DNA of 64,000 bases. Origin: Nitrososphaeria archaeon. Its GTDB lineage: Archaea > Thermoproteota > Nitrososphaeria > Conexivisphaerales > UBA164. The DNA lies in the NCBI GenBank assembly GCA_046536595.1, contig JAWDMM010000003.1, positions 1,836 to 65,835 on the forward strand, read 5' to 3'. The position numbers and the translations under genes are program-made. Positions 38,525-48,798 of this stretch are shown piece by piece. The notes below the pieces were generated by a model. That model did not search any database. It was given only the letters and a program-made list of their open reading frames with translations, and had not been told where the DNA came from. Every line of letters begins with the position of its first letter. Position 1 is the stretch's first letter.

Positions 38525-38758
38525 TTGATGCTTTCACCAATAAGATGTTTTAGCTGTGGCGCTTTACTTGGCGATAAGTATGAAAAATTTAACGCCCTTG
38601 TTGCTAAAGGTATGGAACCTTCTAAAGCGCTGGATAAGTTAGGAGTTAAAAGATACTGTTGCAGAAGGATGATTTTGAGCAATTTTGAAACTTTAAACAA
38701 GATGCTTCCTTATGCAGAGGCAGCGGCCCTTTTAAACGATAAGGAGGAAGAAATTTAG
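38525..38758 (+). CDS. rpoN: RNA polymerase subunit N (Rpo10)
   Basis: PIRCFSCG, RYCCRRM. Confidence 0.97.
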   Translation: MMLSPIRCFSCGALLGDKYEKFNALVAKGMEPSKALDKLGVKRYCCRRMILSNFETLNKMLPYAEAAALLNDKEEEI

Positions 38759-39976
38759 TTGGAGATAACAGACGTTAAGATCCACCCCAGCTTTACCAGT
38801 AGAGGGGATGAAACAGTAGAGGCAACGGTGTTTATAAAAAACCATAAAGCAACTGCAACCGCGCCCGCTGGTGCTAGTACCGGCGAAACTGAAGTGATAC
38901 ACATGCCAAAAGGTGGATTTTCAACAATTGAAAAGAACTTTGATAAGAAAAAGCTTTTAGGAGTTGATGCATCAGATCTAAAGGCCGTTTATGAGGCTCT
39001 CGTTAATATAGGAGGTTCTGATAAATTTGAAAAGATAGGCGGAGCTACAGCATTTGCAGTATCAGTTGCAGCCCTTGCAGCTGAATCCCTTGCTTCAGGC
39101 AAACCATTTTACACGCTTATTGGTTTTGAACCCAGAATACCATATCCCATTGGGAATGTGCTAGGAGGGGGTAAGCATGCTGGAACTGGCTCTCCAGATA
39201 TACAGGAATTTTTATCGAGCCCTGTGGGAGCAAAGAACGCTTTTGAAGCTGTAACATTAAACCTTAAAGTTCACAAGGAAGTTAAAAAAGAAATAGAAAA
39301 AAGGGATCCGATGTTTGCTGGCGGCAAAGGTGACGAAGGTGCGTGGGCTCCAAGGCTTAAGGACGAAGAGGCGCTAGAAGTAGTAAGAACTGCTATAGAC
39401 AGGGTTTCAAAAGACTATGGCGTCAGGATAATAATGGGGCTAGATTTTGCCGCATCAACTCTTTATGAAAACGGTTTTTACAACTATGCGAGAAAGGGCA
39501 AAAAACTTTCTAAAGAGGATCAGTTTAAGTATGTAGAAGATATAATAAGCAAATATGATCTTAAGTATGTAGAAGATCCTTTCTTTGAAGAAGACTTTGA
39601 GTCTTTTGCTGAGCTTACAAAAAGTTCAAAAGCACTGATAGTAGGTGATGACATCTTTACAACAGACTATAAGAGGTTAGAAAAAGGGGTTAAAATGGGG
39701 GCTGCGAACGCGGTAATTCTCAAGGTAAATCAGGTGGGCACTCTGTACCAGGCAAAGCTTTTCGCTGAGGTTGCTCATAAGAACAATTATGCAGTGATAA
39801 CCTCCCACAGAAGCGGGGATGTGTGTGAAGGTTATCTTGCAGACATAGCTGTGGGTATGAAATCATCATTAATGAAAAGCGGAGTTGTTGGAGGGGAAAG
39901 AATATCAAAGCTTATAAGATTAGCAAGAATAAATGAAGAAAATGGAAATATACCTTTCTGGAGGCCGAGCATATAA
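38759..39976 (+). CDS. eno: Enolase
   Basis: SRGDETVE, GASTG, GDEG, VEDPF, KVNQVGT, SHRSG. Confidence 0.95.
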   Translation: MEITDVKIHPSFTSRGDETVEATVFIKNHKATATAPAGASTGETEVIHMPKGGFSTIEKNFDKKKLLGVDASDLKAVYEALVNIGGSDKFEKIGGATAFAVSVAALAAESLASGKPFYTLIGFEPRIPYPIGNVLGGGKHAGTGSPDIQEFLSSPVGAKNAFEAVTLNLKVHKEVKKEIEKRDPMFAGGKGDEGAWAPRLKDEEALEVVRTAIDRVSKDYGVRIIMGLDFAASTLYENGFYNYARKGKKLSKEDQFKYVEDIISKYDLKYVEDPFFEEDFESFAELTKSSKALIVGDDIFTTDYKRLEKGVKMGAANAVILKVNQVGTLYQAKLFAEVAHKNNYAVITSHRSGDVCEGYLADIAVGMKSSLMKSGVVGGERISKLIRLARINEENGNIPFWRPSI

Positions 39977-40647
39977 TGGCAGAAAAACAGCCTGAAGATA
40001 AAAGCGAAGAAGGTTCAGAAAATAGAAAGATAAATGTTCAGCTTACGGAAAGTGCTCTGATAGCTTCCGGGATAAGGATCGGAACAAACGTCGCAACAAA
40101 GCACATGAAACAGTTTGTGGCCAGGAGAAGAGAAGACGGTTTAAACATCCTGGATTTAAGCAAAATACTTTCAAGGATAGAAATAGCCGGAAAGTTCTTG
40201 TCAAGATACGATCCTAAAAAGGTTCTTGTTTATTCTACAAGGGAAGCGGCTTTTACTCCTATAACAAAATTTGCCGAGCTGACAGGGGTAAATTACGTTT
40301 TAGGGAGATTATTACCAGGAACTCTTACAAACCCGTATCTGCCTGATTATAAGAACGTTGACCTGGTTCTTATAGTAGATCCTGCAGTAGATAAGCAGGC
40401 TATAGAAGAGGCTATAAGGGTAAACATACCGGTTGTTGCCATCTGTGACACAAACAACGTCTGTAACTTTGTTGACCTGATAATACCTGGAAACAACAGA
40501 GGGAGAAAATCATTGGCAATGATATTTTGGCTGCTTGCCAGAAGCTATCTGATAAATTCTGGCGCTATGCAACCGAACGAAGCTATGAAATACAGTCCAT
40601 CGGACTTTGAAATGAAGTTTGAAGAAGGAAGCTATGTGGAGAGTTAG
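39976..40647 (+). CDS. rps2: 30S ribosomal protein S2
   Basis: GIRIGT, RLLPGTLTNP, PGNNRG. Position after eno. Confidence 0.96.
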   Translation: MAEKQPEDKSEEGSENRKINVQLTESALIASGIRIGTNVATKHMKQFVARRREDGLNILDLSKILSRIEIAGKFLSRYDPKKVLVYSTREAAFTPITKFAELTGVNYVLGRLLPGTLTNPYLPDYKNVDLVLIVDPAVDKQAIEEAIRVNIPVVAICDTNNVCNFVDLIIPGNNRGRKSLAMIFWLLARSYLINSGAMQPNEAMKYSPSDFEMKFEEGSYVES

Positions 40648-41482
40648 AAAACCAGCAGTTGCAGGATATTTTTACCCAAGCGAAAAGAATGAACTGATAA
40701 GTTTAATCGAAGAAACGTTTAGATCTAAAGATTTGGGTCCTGGTTTACTTCCACCATTAAATGAGCAAAAAAATGTTCTGGGCTATTTGGTGCCCCACGC
40801 AGGTTATGAATACTCTGGATATATAGCAGCTCACGCTTATCTTGAAATATCAGCACTGCCAGAAGGTTCTACCTTCATAATTTTGGGTCCAAACCACTAC
40901 GGTATTGGCAGTCCGTTAGCGCTTCCGCAGAGCGAAATCTGGGAGACTCCTCTCGGACAAGTAAAGGTTGATACGTCCTTGAGAAATGAAATAATGTCTG
41001 AAAAATCAATAATAGACATGGACGATGGGGCTCACTGGAGGGAACACAGCATAGAAGTCCAGATACCTTACCTTCAGTATGTAAAAAAGGACTTCAAAAT
41101 ACTCCCGATATCTATGACTCTTATGGAAAAGGAGTATGCAGTAGAAGTTGCAGAAATAATCTATAAAAAAATCAAAGAAAAGAAAAACTACTACATTATA
41201 GCATCTTCTGACTTGACACATTATGAGCCTGCTGAAAGCGTTAATAGAAAAGATGAAATTGCTATAAAAGCGATAACGAACAGAAATCTTGATGAGCTGT
41301 ACATGGTTCTTAGAAAGTATGATATAACAATGTGCGGTTATGGTCCTGCAGCTGTGTTAATGCACCTGAGCAACCTTCTAGGTTATGATAAAGTAAAGTT
41401 GCTAAAACATGCTAACAGCGGGGACGTAACAGGGGATTACAGCTCTGTTGTGGGCTACGCTTCTATCGGTTTTTATAAGTAG
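40619..41482 (+). CDS. MEMO1 family protein
   Basis: RKPAVAGYFYP, PHAGYEYSG, GPNH, EHSIEVQ, SSDLTHY, CGYGP. Confidence 0.93.
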   Translation: MKKEAMWRVRKPAVAGYFYPSEKNELISLIEETFRSKDLGPGLLPPLNEQKNVLGYLVPHAGYEYSGYIAAHAYLEISALPEGSTFIILGPNHYGIGSPLALPQSEIWETPLGQVKVDTSLRNEIMSEKSIIDMDDGAHWREHSIEVQIPYLQYVKKDFKILPISMTLMEKEYAVEVAEIIYKKIKEKKNYYIIASSDLTHYEPAESVNRKDEIAIKAITNRNLDELYMVLRKYDITMCGYGPAAVLMHLSNLLGYDKVKLLKHANSGDVTGDYSSVVGYASIGFYK

Positions 41483-41521
41483 CGGATTGTTTTTAAATAT
41501 GGTAACTTATTTTCTAATAGA

Positions 41522-42397
41522 ATGAAATTCAGCGAAGCTGTAGCTCCTGCAAAGGTCATTTTGTCTGGAGAACATTTTGTAGTGCATGGTGCAAGAGCTT
41601 TAGCCGGCGCTATAAACCTGTATCTGAAAACAAGGATTGAAGAAAGCGATAAAGACATCATACGTTCTAATGGTAAAATCATACGTGCCGATTACGTGCT
41701 TAAAAAGGTAAAGGAGATATCAGGAGTCAGAAATGTAAAGGTTTTGGTACGGAGCGCAGTACCAAAGTCAGCAGGCCTTGGTTCCTCGGCTTCTTTTCAC
41801 GTAGCAACTATAATTGCGGCGTTCAAACTCAGAGGTATAAATCCTTCCCGTGAAAAAATATTCGAAGAATCGATGGAGCTTGAAAGGGAGGTTCATAAAA
41901 ATCCAAGCGGCATAGACGTTTGGGCTGTTTTGAACGGTGGCGTCTTTATTTTTAAAAGAGGAGAAAAAAATTATTCAATAAATTCAAAGATTGAAAAAAT
42001 CCTGTTGATAGACTCAGGGCAAAGAAGAAACACCGGTACCCTGGTAAGTAAGGTTGGATACATGAAAGAAAATGAACCAGAAAGGTTCAGCGAGCTTGTA
42101 GAAATAGCCGATTCAATCTCATTATCGATGAAGAACGCTCTGGAATTGGGAGATGTTGAAAAAGTTAAAGGCCTTTTCAGGATAAACCAGTCTCTTCTTG
42201 AGCTTATAGACGTATCTACTCCAAAGATAGCTCGCCTTTTAAAAATGTTGCAGGAAAAAGGAATTTCAGCCAAAATTACCGGAGCTGGCGGTGGAGGATA
42301 TCTAATTGGATTACCTGTAAAAAAGGTTGATGGCTTAAAAACAAAAGAAGTAAAGATTGGAGTTCGTGGCGCTTACGATATAAACTTCACGCATTAA
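41522..42397 (+). CDS. mvk: Mevalonate kinase
   Basis: PAKVILSGEHFVVHG, PKSAGLGSSA, PSGID, KITGAGGGG. Confidence 0.95.
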   Translation: MKFSEAVAPAKVILSGEHFVVHGARALAGAINLYLKTRIEESDKDIIRSNGKIIRADYVLKKVKEISGVRNVKVLVRSAVPKSAGLGSSASFHVATIIAAFKLRGINPSREKIFEESMELEREVHKNPSGIDVWAVLNGGVFIFKRGEKNYSINSKIEKILLIDSGQRRNTGTLVSKVGYMKENEPERFSELVEIADSISLSMKNALELGDVEKVKGLFRINQSLLELIDVSTPKIARLLKMLQEKGISAKITGAGGGGYLIGLPVKKVDGLKTKEVKIGVRGAYDINFTH

Positions 42398-42483
42398 AGT
42401 CATCGATTTACTACAATTTAAGAAAAAGAACCATTTACAGAAAAAGTTAAGTTTAAAGATGCTAAAACAGAAACGTTAAGCAG

Positions 42484-43290
42484 ATGTCTTTGACAGTTGT
42501 AAAAATGGGCGGTTCCTCTATTACATTTAAAGATAAACCGTTCAGCATAAACGAAGAAGGAATAAACAATATAGCTGAAGCTTTGAGGGAGGCTGGAATG
42601 CGATATTTTTTAATTCACGGAGGGGGATCGTGGGGACACCCAGCAGCTACAATATATGGTCTTTCAAGTTTTTATCATTCAGATTCCGGCAAGGGGGTAA
42701 GCTTTACAAAGATCAAGATGCTGCAGCTCAGTGTCCAGGTTCAAAAAATTCTGATGGAGAAAGGCCTGTTCACGTTTTACTTTCCTGCACAGCTGATTGA
42801 TACGCTCAATAAAGATGAAGTTATAGAAATGATCGAAAGGTCTGTATATCCGCTGACGTTCGGAGATGTCATCTATGAGTATGGAAAAGGGTTCAGGGTT
42901 ATAGGAGGAGATGAGATAGCGTTAAAAATCAGCTACAAATTTCCAGTAAACAAGGTGGTGTTCATTATAGGAACTCCAGGGATAATGGATGAAAATGGTA
43001 ATGTGATTAAAAAAATAAGCGTAAAAAGATCTGAAGGATCTATTTACATAGGGAATGTGCCGATAATAAAAGGTAACAGCTTTGAGAGATTTCAAAAAGT
43101 ACTTACAAAAATATCAGAAAACTCTCCTGACGCAACGGGCGGTTTAAGTTTCAAGCTTTACATTGCTTATATGTTGGCTAAAGCGGGCATAAGCTCTGTG
43201 TTTATAAGCTCAGGCAATAAGGAAAATATTATTAAAGCATTAAAGGGTTATAAGTTTGATGGTAGTGTAGTGATGTCTGATGGAAGTTAA
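42484..43290 (+). CDS. ipk: Isopentenyl phosphate kinase
   Basis: KMGGSSIT.K, HGGGSWGH, GDE, DATGG. Lies between mvk and fni. Confidence 0.9.
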   Translation: MSLTVVKMGGSSITFKDKPFSINEEGINNIAEALREAGMRYFLIHGGGSWGHPAATIYGLSSFYHSDSGKGVSFTKIKMLQLSVQVQKILMEKGLFTFYFPAQLIDTLNKDEVIEMIERSVYPLTFGDVIYEYGKGFRVIGGDEIALKISYKFPVNKVVFIIGTPGIMDENGNVIKKISVKRSEGSIYIGNVPIIKGNSFERFQKVLTKISENSPDATGGLSFKLYIAYMLAKAGISSVFISSGNKENIIKALKGYKFDGSVVMSDGS

Positions 43291-44347
43291 GGATAGAAAG
43301 GTTGAGCACATAAACATCGTTAAAAAAGGCGGAGTTGAGTATGAAGAAACATCTGGTTGGTTTGAATACGTGCATCTTATTCATCAGGCGCTTCCCGAAA
43401 TTGATCTGCAGGATGTAGATACTTCTGTAAATTTTTTGGGTTTTAAGCTTCAAGCACCGCTAATAATAGACAGCATGACCGGAGGAAGCGAAGAAACGAA
43501 AGAAATAAACAAAAACCTTGCGGCCCTTGCGCATGAGCTCGGAATAGGAATGGGCGTAGGTTCTCAGAGAGCTGCAATAGAAGACCCATCTTTAGCAGAT
43601 ACGTATTCGGTTGTAAGGGAAATAGCTCCTGACATATTTGTTATAGGAAATATTGGAGCCGCACAGCTTCTTGCTTATGACCTTGATAAGATTAAAAGAG
43701 CAATAGAAATGATAAAGGCAAACGCTCTGGCAATACATTTAAACCCTCTTCAGGAAGCGATTCAACCTGAAGGGGAACCTAAATTCAGGGGGGTTCTGCA
43801 AAAGCTAGTAGAAGTTTCTAAATCAATAAACGTGCCAATAATAGTTAAAGAAGTAGGTTCTGGGATTTCAAAAGAAGTTGCGATAAACTTGAAGCTGGCT
43901 GGCGTTTCTGCTATAAATGTTGCGGGGGCAGGAGGGACAAGTTGGGCCAAAATCGAAGGAGTAAGGGCAAAAAAGGCAAAGAAGATGGAAAACTACAGCC
44001 TGGCCGAAATATTCGGGGAATGGGGCATACCAACAGCTGCATCCATAATAGAAGTAAGGAGCGTTACGGATCTCCCGTTAGTAGCCTCAGGAGGTATGAA
44101 AAATGGGCTTGAGCTGGCAAAGGCCATAACGCTTGGAGCCGATGTGGGAGCAATGGCTGGAACAGTGCTTAAAGAGTTGCTGAAGAACGGGTATGAAAAG
44201 GCGAAAGAAATTCTGCTCAACACAGTAAACGAATACAAGCTAGCTCTTTTCCTTACGGGTTCAAAAAACGCCTCAGAACTGAAGAAGAAAAGAAAGATTC
44301 TGCTGGGTCCGTTAGCAGAATGGGCCAGACAGGTTGGATACATATGA
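43280..44347 (+). CDS. fni: Type 2 isopentenyl-diphosphate delta-isomerase
   Basis: RKVEHI, MTGG, GSQR, HLNPLQE, KEVG.G, GAGGTSW. Confidence 0.96.
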   Translation: MEVKDRKVEHINIVKKGGVEYEETSGWFEYVHLIHQALPEIDLQDVDTSVNFLGFKLQAPLIIDSMTGGSEETKEINKNLAALAHELGIGMGVGSQRAAIEDPSLADTYSVVREIAPDIFVIGNIGAAQLLAYDLDKIKRAIEMIKANALAIHLNPLQEAIQPEGEPKFRGVLQKLVEVSKSINVPIIVKEVGSGISKEVAINLKLAGVSAINVAGAGGTSWAKIEGVRAKKAKKMENYSLAEIFGEWGIPTAASIIEVRSVTDLPLVASGGMKNGLELAKAITLGADVGAMAGTVLKELLKNGYEKAKEILLNTVNEYKLALFLTGSKNASELKKKRKILLGPLAEWARQVGYI

Positions 44348-45309
44348 TAAGCCAAGATGAATTTTTGAAAAATGTTGAAGTCTACTTAAAAGGATCATTA
44401 TCAAAAGAATATGATGTTTATAAGGCTTCAGCACACCTTGTATTTGCAGGAGGAAAACGTCTAAGGCCTCTTATGGTCGCAAGAATTTATGAATCGTTAG
44501 GAGGAAACGCTTTAGAAATAGTACCTGCTGCTGCATCAGTTGAGCTCGTGCATAACTTCACGCTGATACACGATGATATTATGGACAACGATGACTTCAG
44601 AAGAGGCGTGCCAACCGTTCACAGAGTCTTTGGGGTACCGGTCGCCATACTAGCTGGGGATCTTCTGTTCGCCATGGGTTACAAAGCACTTGAGGATGTT
44701 AAGCCTTATAAAGAAGATGAAGAAAAATTTTATAAAGCTGTTAGCGCGTTAACAAATTACGTCATAGAACTTTGTGAAGGCCAAAACATTGATATTGCGC
44801 CACCTGCGCAGTTCAGAGAAGAAGTTTATTACGAACTTATAAAGAAGAAAACTTCATCTCTTTTTATTCTTTCATCTCTTTACGGTGTCTACGCCGCAGG
44901 AAGGTTTGATCTTGAAGAATATGCTAAAAAGTTCGGTGAAAATTTTGGAATAATATTTCAGTTAACGGACGACCTTCTGGGTTTGATCGGAGATCCAAAC
45001 ATTACCAAAAAACCAGTAGGGTCTGACCTAAGAGAAGGGAAATCAACGCTCCCGATTTATTTGGCAATAAAAAAAGCAGACGATAAGCTCAAAAATGAAA
45101 TTTTGAGCGTCTACGGGAAAAAAGCTGAAGAACAGGAAATAAATTATGTTGTTAAAAGGATAAAAGAACTTGGTATTGAAGAAGATGTAAAGAAAATTAT
45201 AAACGTATATGTTGAAGGCGCGTTGTCAGCTTTAAAGCATCTAGGCTCAGGCGAGCCAAACTCAGAATTGATAAAAATGGTGAACAGCTTGGTTGAGCGT
45301 CAGCGATGA
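44320..45309 (+). CDS. Geranylgeranyl diphosphate synthase (polyprenyl synthetase)
   Basis: GGKRLRP, IHDDIMDNDDFRRG, QLTDD, DLREGK. Confidence 0.95.
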   Translation: MGQTGWIHMISQDEFLKNVEVYLKGSLSKEYDVYKASAHLVFAGGKRLRPLMVARIYESLGGNALEIVPAAASVELVHNFTLIHDDIMDNDDFRRGVPTVHRVFGVPVAILAGDLLFAMGYKALEDVKPYKEDEEKFYKAVSALTNYVIELCEGQNIDIAPPAQFREEVYYELIKKKTSSLFILSSLYGVYAAGRFDLEEYAKKFGENFGIIFQLTDDLLGLIGDPNITKKPVGSDLREGKSTLPIYLAIKKADDKLKNEILSVYGKKAEEQEINYVVKRIKELGIEEDVKKIINVYVEGALSALKHLGSGEPNSELIKMVNSLVERQR

Positions 45310-46981
45310 AGAACTTAGAGCAATAATAACTAAATACGCTGCTCAGAACGCGGTAAAACACGGGGGAAGGGCTGATCAGGTAGCAGTTATAGGAAAAATA
45401 ATCTCCGAAAGACCAGACATAAAACCAAAATTAAAAGAAATACTGCCATTGGTAAAGGAGGTCTGTGATTATGTCTCTGGCTTAAGCATTCAAAAACAAA
45501 AAGAGCTTGCAGGTGAGATGGAAGAAAAAAGGAAACAGGAGTTAAAACTGCCGCCTCTTGAGGGAGCTGAGACAGGTAAGGTTGTGACGCGTTTCGCACC
45601 TAACCCGAACAGCGTTCTTCATCTTGGATCTTCTAGAGCAGCAATCCTCTCTTACGAGTACGCTAAGATATACAAAGGCAGGTTTATACTGAGGTTTGAA
45701 GATACCGATCCACGGTTAAAAAGGTCCGATTTAAAGTTTTACAAATATATTGAAGAGGATCTTGAATGGCTTGGAATTAAATGGGATGAAGAGCATTATC
45801 AGAGCCAGAGGTTGCCAATATACTATGATTACGTTGAAAAGGCTATCAAAATAGGGGCAGTTTATATAACCGAATGTAATAGAGAGAAGTTTAAAGAACA
45901 TATAATGAAGCAGAAACCCTGCCCTGACAGGGATTTGCCGGTTGAGGTTCAGCTAAAAAGATGGGAAAAGATGCTTTCGGGAGAATATAAAGAGGGTGAG
46001 GCTGTTGTAAGAGTAAAAACAGACCTTTCGCATCCAAATCCCGCGGTCAGGGACTGGCCTGCCCTCAGAATAATAGATACGGAAAAATATTCTCATCCTA
46101 TTGTAGGCAACAAATACAGGGTTTGGCCGCTATATAACTGGGCTTCAGCCATAGACGACCACCTTATGGGGATAACCCATATTTTCAGGGGTCAGGAGCA
46201 TTTCGTTAATATGGTCAGACAAAAATACCTTTACGAAGCCTTTGGATGGAAGTATCCATACGCTGTTCATTATGGCAGGCTCATGATAGAAGGCAAACCG
46301 CTGAGCAAATCTGAAATCGAGAAGGGCATAAAAATGGGTGTTTACAGTGGCTACGATGACATCAGACTGGCTACGCTGAAAGCCTTGAAAAGGAGAGGCA
46401 TAGTTCCCGAGGCAATAAAACAGCTAATATTAACTATGGGAATAAATACAAACGATGCAGTAATAAGTTTAGAAAACCTGTACGCTATAAACAGAAAGAT
46501 AATAGATCCTATAGCAAATAGATATTTTGCCGTATTCGAGCCCCACGTAACGATAGTTCTTAAAAACATAGAAATTCCGAAGGTCGTTCAACTTTATAAA
46601 CATCCAAACAGAAAAAACGAAATAAGGACTTTAAAGCTAGAAAAAGCTGAAATAATAATAGAAAAAAGCGATCATGAAAAGAATGCAGGTAAGGAAGTCA
46701 GGTTTATGGGTCTGGGCAACTTCGTTCTTGAAGAAGATTATGCAACGTTCACTGATAACGATCTAGCAAGGGCAAAAGAATTTCCGCATCTACACTGGTT
46801 ACCTTCAGATACTCAAACTGAGATAAAGGTGCTCAATGACGATGGAAACGAAATAAACGGAATTGCAGAACAGGGGTTAAAATTAGAACTGAACAACGTC
46901 GTTCAGCTGGAGAGAAAATTTTTTTGCAGAATAGAGTCGGTAATCGATAACACGATAAAAGCAGTGTATACATCTAACTGA
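45293..46981 (+). CDS. gltX: Glutamyl-tRNA synthetase (archaeal type)
   Basis: RFAPNPNSVLHLG, RFEDTDP, LSKS. Archaeal N-terminal domain. Confidence 0.96.
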   Translation: MSVSDEELRAIITKYAAQNAVKHGGRADQVAVIGKIISERPDIKPKLKEILPLVKEVCDYVSGLSIQKQKELAGEMEEKRKQELKLPPLEGAETGKVVTRFAPNPNSVLHLGSSRAAILSYEYAKIYKGRFILRFEDTDPRLKRSDLKFYKYIEEDLEWLGIKWDEEHYQSQRLPIYYDYVEKAIKIGAVYITECNREKFKEHIMKQKPCPDRDLPVEVQLKRWEKMLSGEYKEGEAVVRVKTDLSHPNPAVRDWPALRIIDTEKYSHPIVGNKYRVWPLYNWASAIDDHLMGITHIFRGQEHFVNMVRQKYLYEAFGWKYPYAVHYGRLMIEGKPLSKSEIEKGIKMGVYSGYDDIRLATLKALKRRGIVPEAIKQLILTMGINTNDAVISLENLYAINRKIIDPIANRYFAVFEPHVTIVLKNIEIPKVVQLYKHPNRKNEIRTLKLEKAEIIIEKSDHEKNAGKEVRFMGLGNFVLEEDYATFTDNDLARAKEFPHLHWLPSDTQTEIKVLNDDGNEINGIAEQGLKLELNNVVQLERKFFCRIESVIDNTIKAVYTSN

Positions 46982-47070
46982 TCCTTATTCAACTCGTCGT
47001 AAAAAGCAAAAGTTACTTCTTTAGACCTGATTATACTTTAAAAAAGGAAGAAAGAAACAGTCAGTAAACG

Positions 47071-48213
47071 TCAAACGTTTTTAAGGGATTGTTCAAGATC
47101 TTCTATCAGATCTTCTACATTTTCAAGCCCTACTGAAAGTCTAAGCAGATTTTCGGTTATTCCAAGTTTTTTCTTGCAATCTTCGCTTAGAGATGATGAC
47201 GCAGAAAGAACAGGGTAGGTCATTATCGACTCAGTACCTCCCAAGCTCGGCGATGGAACTATAAGCTTCAGACGCTTTAAAACGGAAATCGCTTCTTCTT
47301 TTCCTCCATTTACCTTAAAGCTTACAACGCCCCCGCACCCATTAAAATATTTTTTTGCCAAACGGTAATAAGGGTCTGTCTCAAGGCATGGGTACATGAC
47401 TTCTTCAACCTTCGGATTTTCTGAAAGGTATTTTGCAATTTTGAGAGCATTTTCTTGCTGTACTTTTATCCTTGCAAATAAAGTTTTTAACCCTCTAAGA
47501 GTGAGGTAAGCGTTAAACGGGCTTAAAATCGATCCGGTCATCCTTCTGGTTTCCCAGAGCTCAAGGATATTTTCCTTTTTTCCAGCAATAATACCGCCTA
47601 TAACGTCATTGTGACCAGATATGTACTTTGTAAGGCTTTCAACAACAACATCAGCACCTTTTTCAATAGGTTTAAAGAGGGCCGGGCTCAAAAAAGTGTT
47701 GTCAACTGCAAACGTGGCCTTGCCTTTTATAGAATCCCTTACTGCATCAATTTCTATTACCTTTAACGTAGGGTTAGTCATGGCTTCTATAAATACAAGC
47801 TTTGTGTCTTTTGTTACAGCTGAAGCTATTTCTTCTGCATCAGGCATTACAACTTTAGCTTTTACGCCAAATTTTGAAAGATAACTCAAGAGCTTTATGG
47901 TTGTTCCGTATGCTTCGCATGTAACAACGGCTTCATCTCCTGATGAAAGAAGGTTCAAATACAAAGAGCTTATGGCAGCCATCCCGCTGGAAAAAGCAAG
48001 AGAATCCTCAGCTCTTTCAAGCTTTGATACAGCTTTCTCAAGATACCGCACTGTGGGGTTTTCTTCCCTAGAATACTTCAGATCTACATTTCTGTCGTTC
48101 TTCTTGGCTTCTCCTCTTTGTTCAAATATTGAAGAAAGATAAATAGGAGGTATCCTTGAACCTAAATCATCATTATATTCATGACCATGTATCGAATTAG
48201 TCTCATCATTCAA
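47071..48213 (-). CDS. PLP-dependent trans-sulfuration enzyme (cystathionine gamma-synthase/lyase)
   Basis: YSREENPT, FSSGMAAI, DNTF, SLTKYISGHND, SLGGTES, LRLSVGLE. Confidence 0.93.
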   Translation of the reverse strand: MNDETNSIHGHEYNDDLGSRIPPIYLSSIFEQRGEAKKNDRNVDLKYSREENPTVRYLEKAVSKLERAEDSLAFSSGMAAISSLYLNLLSSGDEAVVTCEAYGTTIKLLSYLSKFGVKAKVVMPDAEEIASAVTKDTKLVFIEAMTNPTLKVIEIDAVRDSIKGKATFAVDNTFLSPALFKPIEKGADVVVESLTKYISGHNDVIGGIIAGKKENILELWETRRMTGSILSPFNAYLTLRGLKTLFARIKVQQENALKIAKYLSENPKVEEVMYPCLETDPYYRLAKKYFNGCGGVVSFKVNGGKEEAISVLKRLKLIVPSPSLGGTESIMTYPVLSASSSLSEDCKKKLGITENLLRLSVGLENVEDLIEDLEQSLKNV

Positions 48214-48270
48214 TTTTATAATTATTCCTAACAGATATATAAAAACACTACTATTGATTCTTTTTAGGAA

Positions 48271-48798
48271 TCATTTAATCAATTCATTATATGCTTTTTT
48301 AAAATCTTCCTGGCAGGATTTGCACAGCATCGGTAGCTTTGTGTCAACGTCCTTTAAGCTTTTAGCATGGCTCATTATACATGTTTGATTTAAGCAGTGT
48401 CCCAAACCCCAGAAATGGCCTATAAGATGGGCAGCTTCTTTCATTATTCTTTCTTTTGCCAGTTTTGGATCGGAAATCAACCTATCTTCGCTCAGGATAG
48501 CTACCCTCTCTTTAGGATCTACTATACCGAAAATTCTTGAACCGGTTGAATCTACAATCGGCAAACCTGTTACGATAAAAACATAATGATGATTTTTTGG
48601 AATTATATCCCTTACCTGTTTAAGGATCTGATCCCCATCATAAGTTTTTAAATTAACGTTGAATTCTACATCCTGATGATCTCTGATGCTCATGTTATAG
48701 AGGGATGCAGCTATCTTATAGCTTTCTAAATACCTTGTTGCGTACCCGTTTAGGAAATAGAGGTCAATTTCAAGTTTGTTAATCTTTTTTTCACTCAA
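48271..48798 (-). CDS. Archaemetzincin-like protein with altered zinc motif (HLIGH)
   Basis: KEAAHLIGHFWGLGHC...CIM...CKSC matches the archaemetzincin pattern except for the catalytic Glu. Confidence 0.8.
   Translation of the reverse strand: MSEKKINKLEIDLYFLNGYATRYLESYKIAASLYNMSIRDHQDVEFNVNLKTYDGDQILKQVRDIIPKNHHYVFIVTGLPIVDSTGSRIFGIVDPKERVAILSEDRLISDPKLAKERIMKEAAHLIGHFWGLGHCLNQTCIMSHAKSLKDVDTKLPMLCKSCQEDFKKAYNELIK

Noticed and set aside
38525-46981. rpoN-eno-rps2-MEMO1-mvk-ipk-fni-GGPS-gltX cluster as a novel operon
   Set aside because: This is a well-known conserved archaeal gene order.
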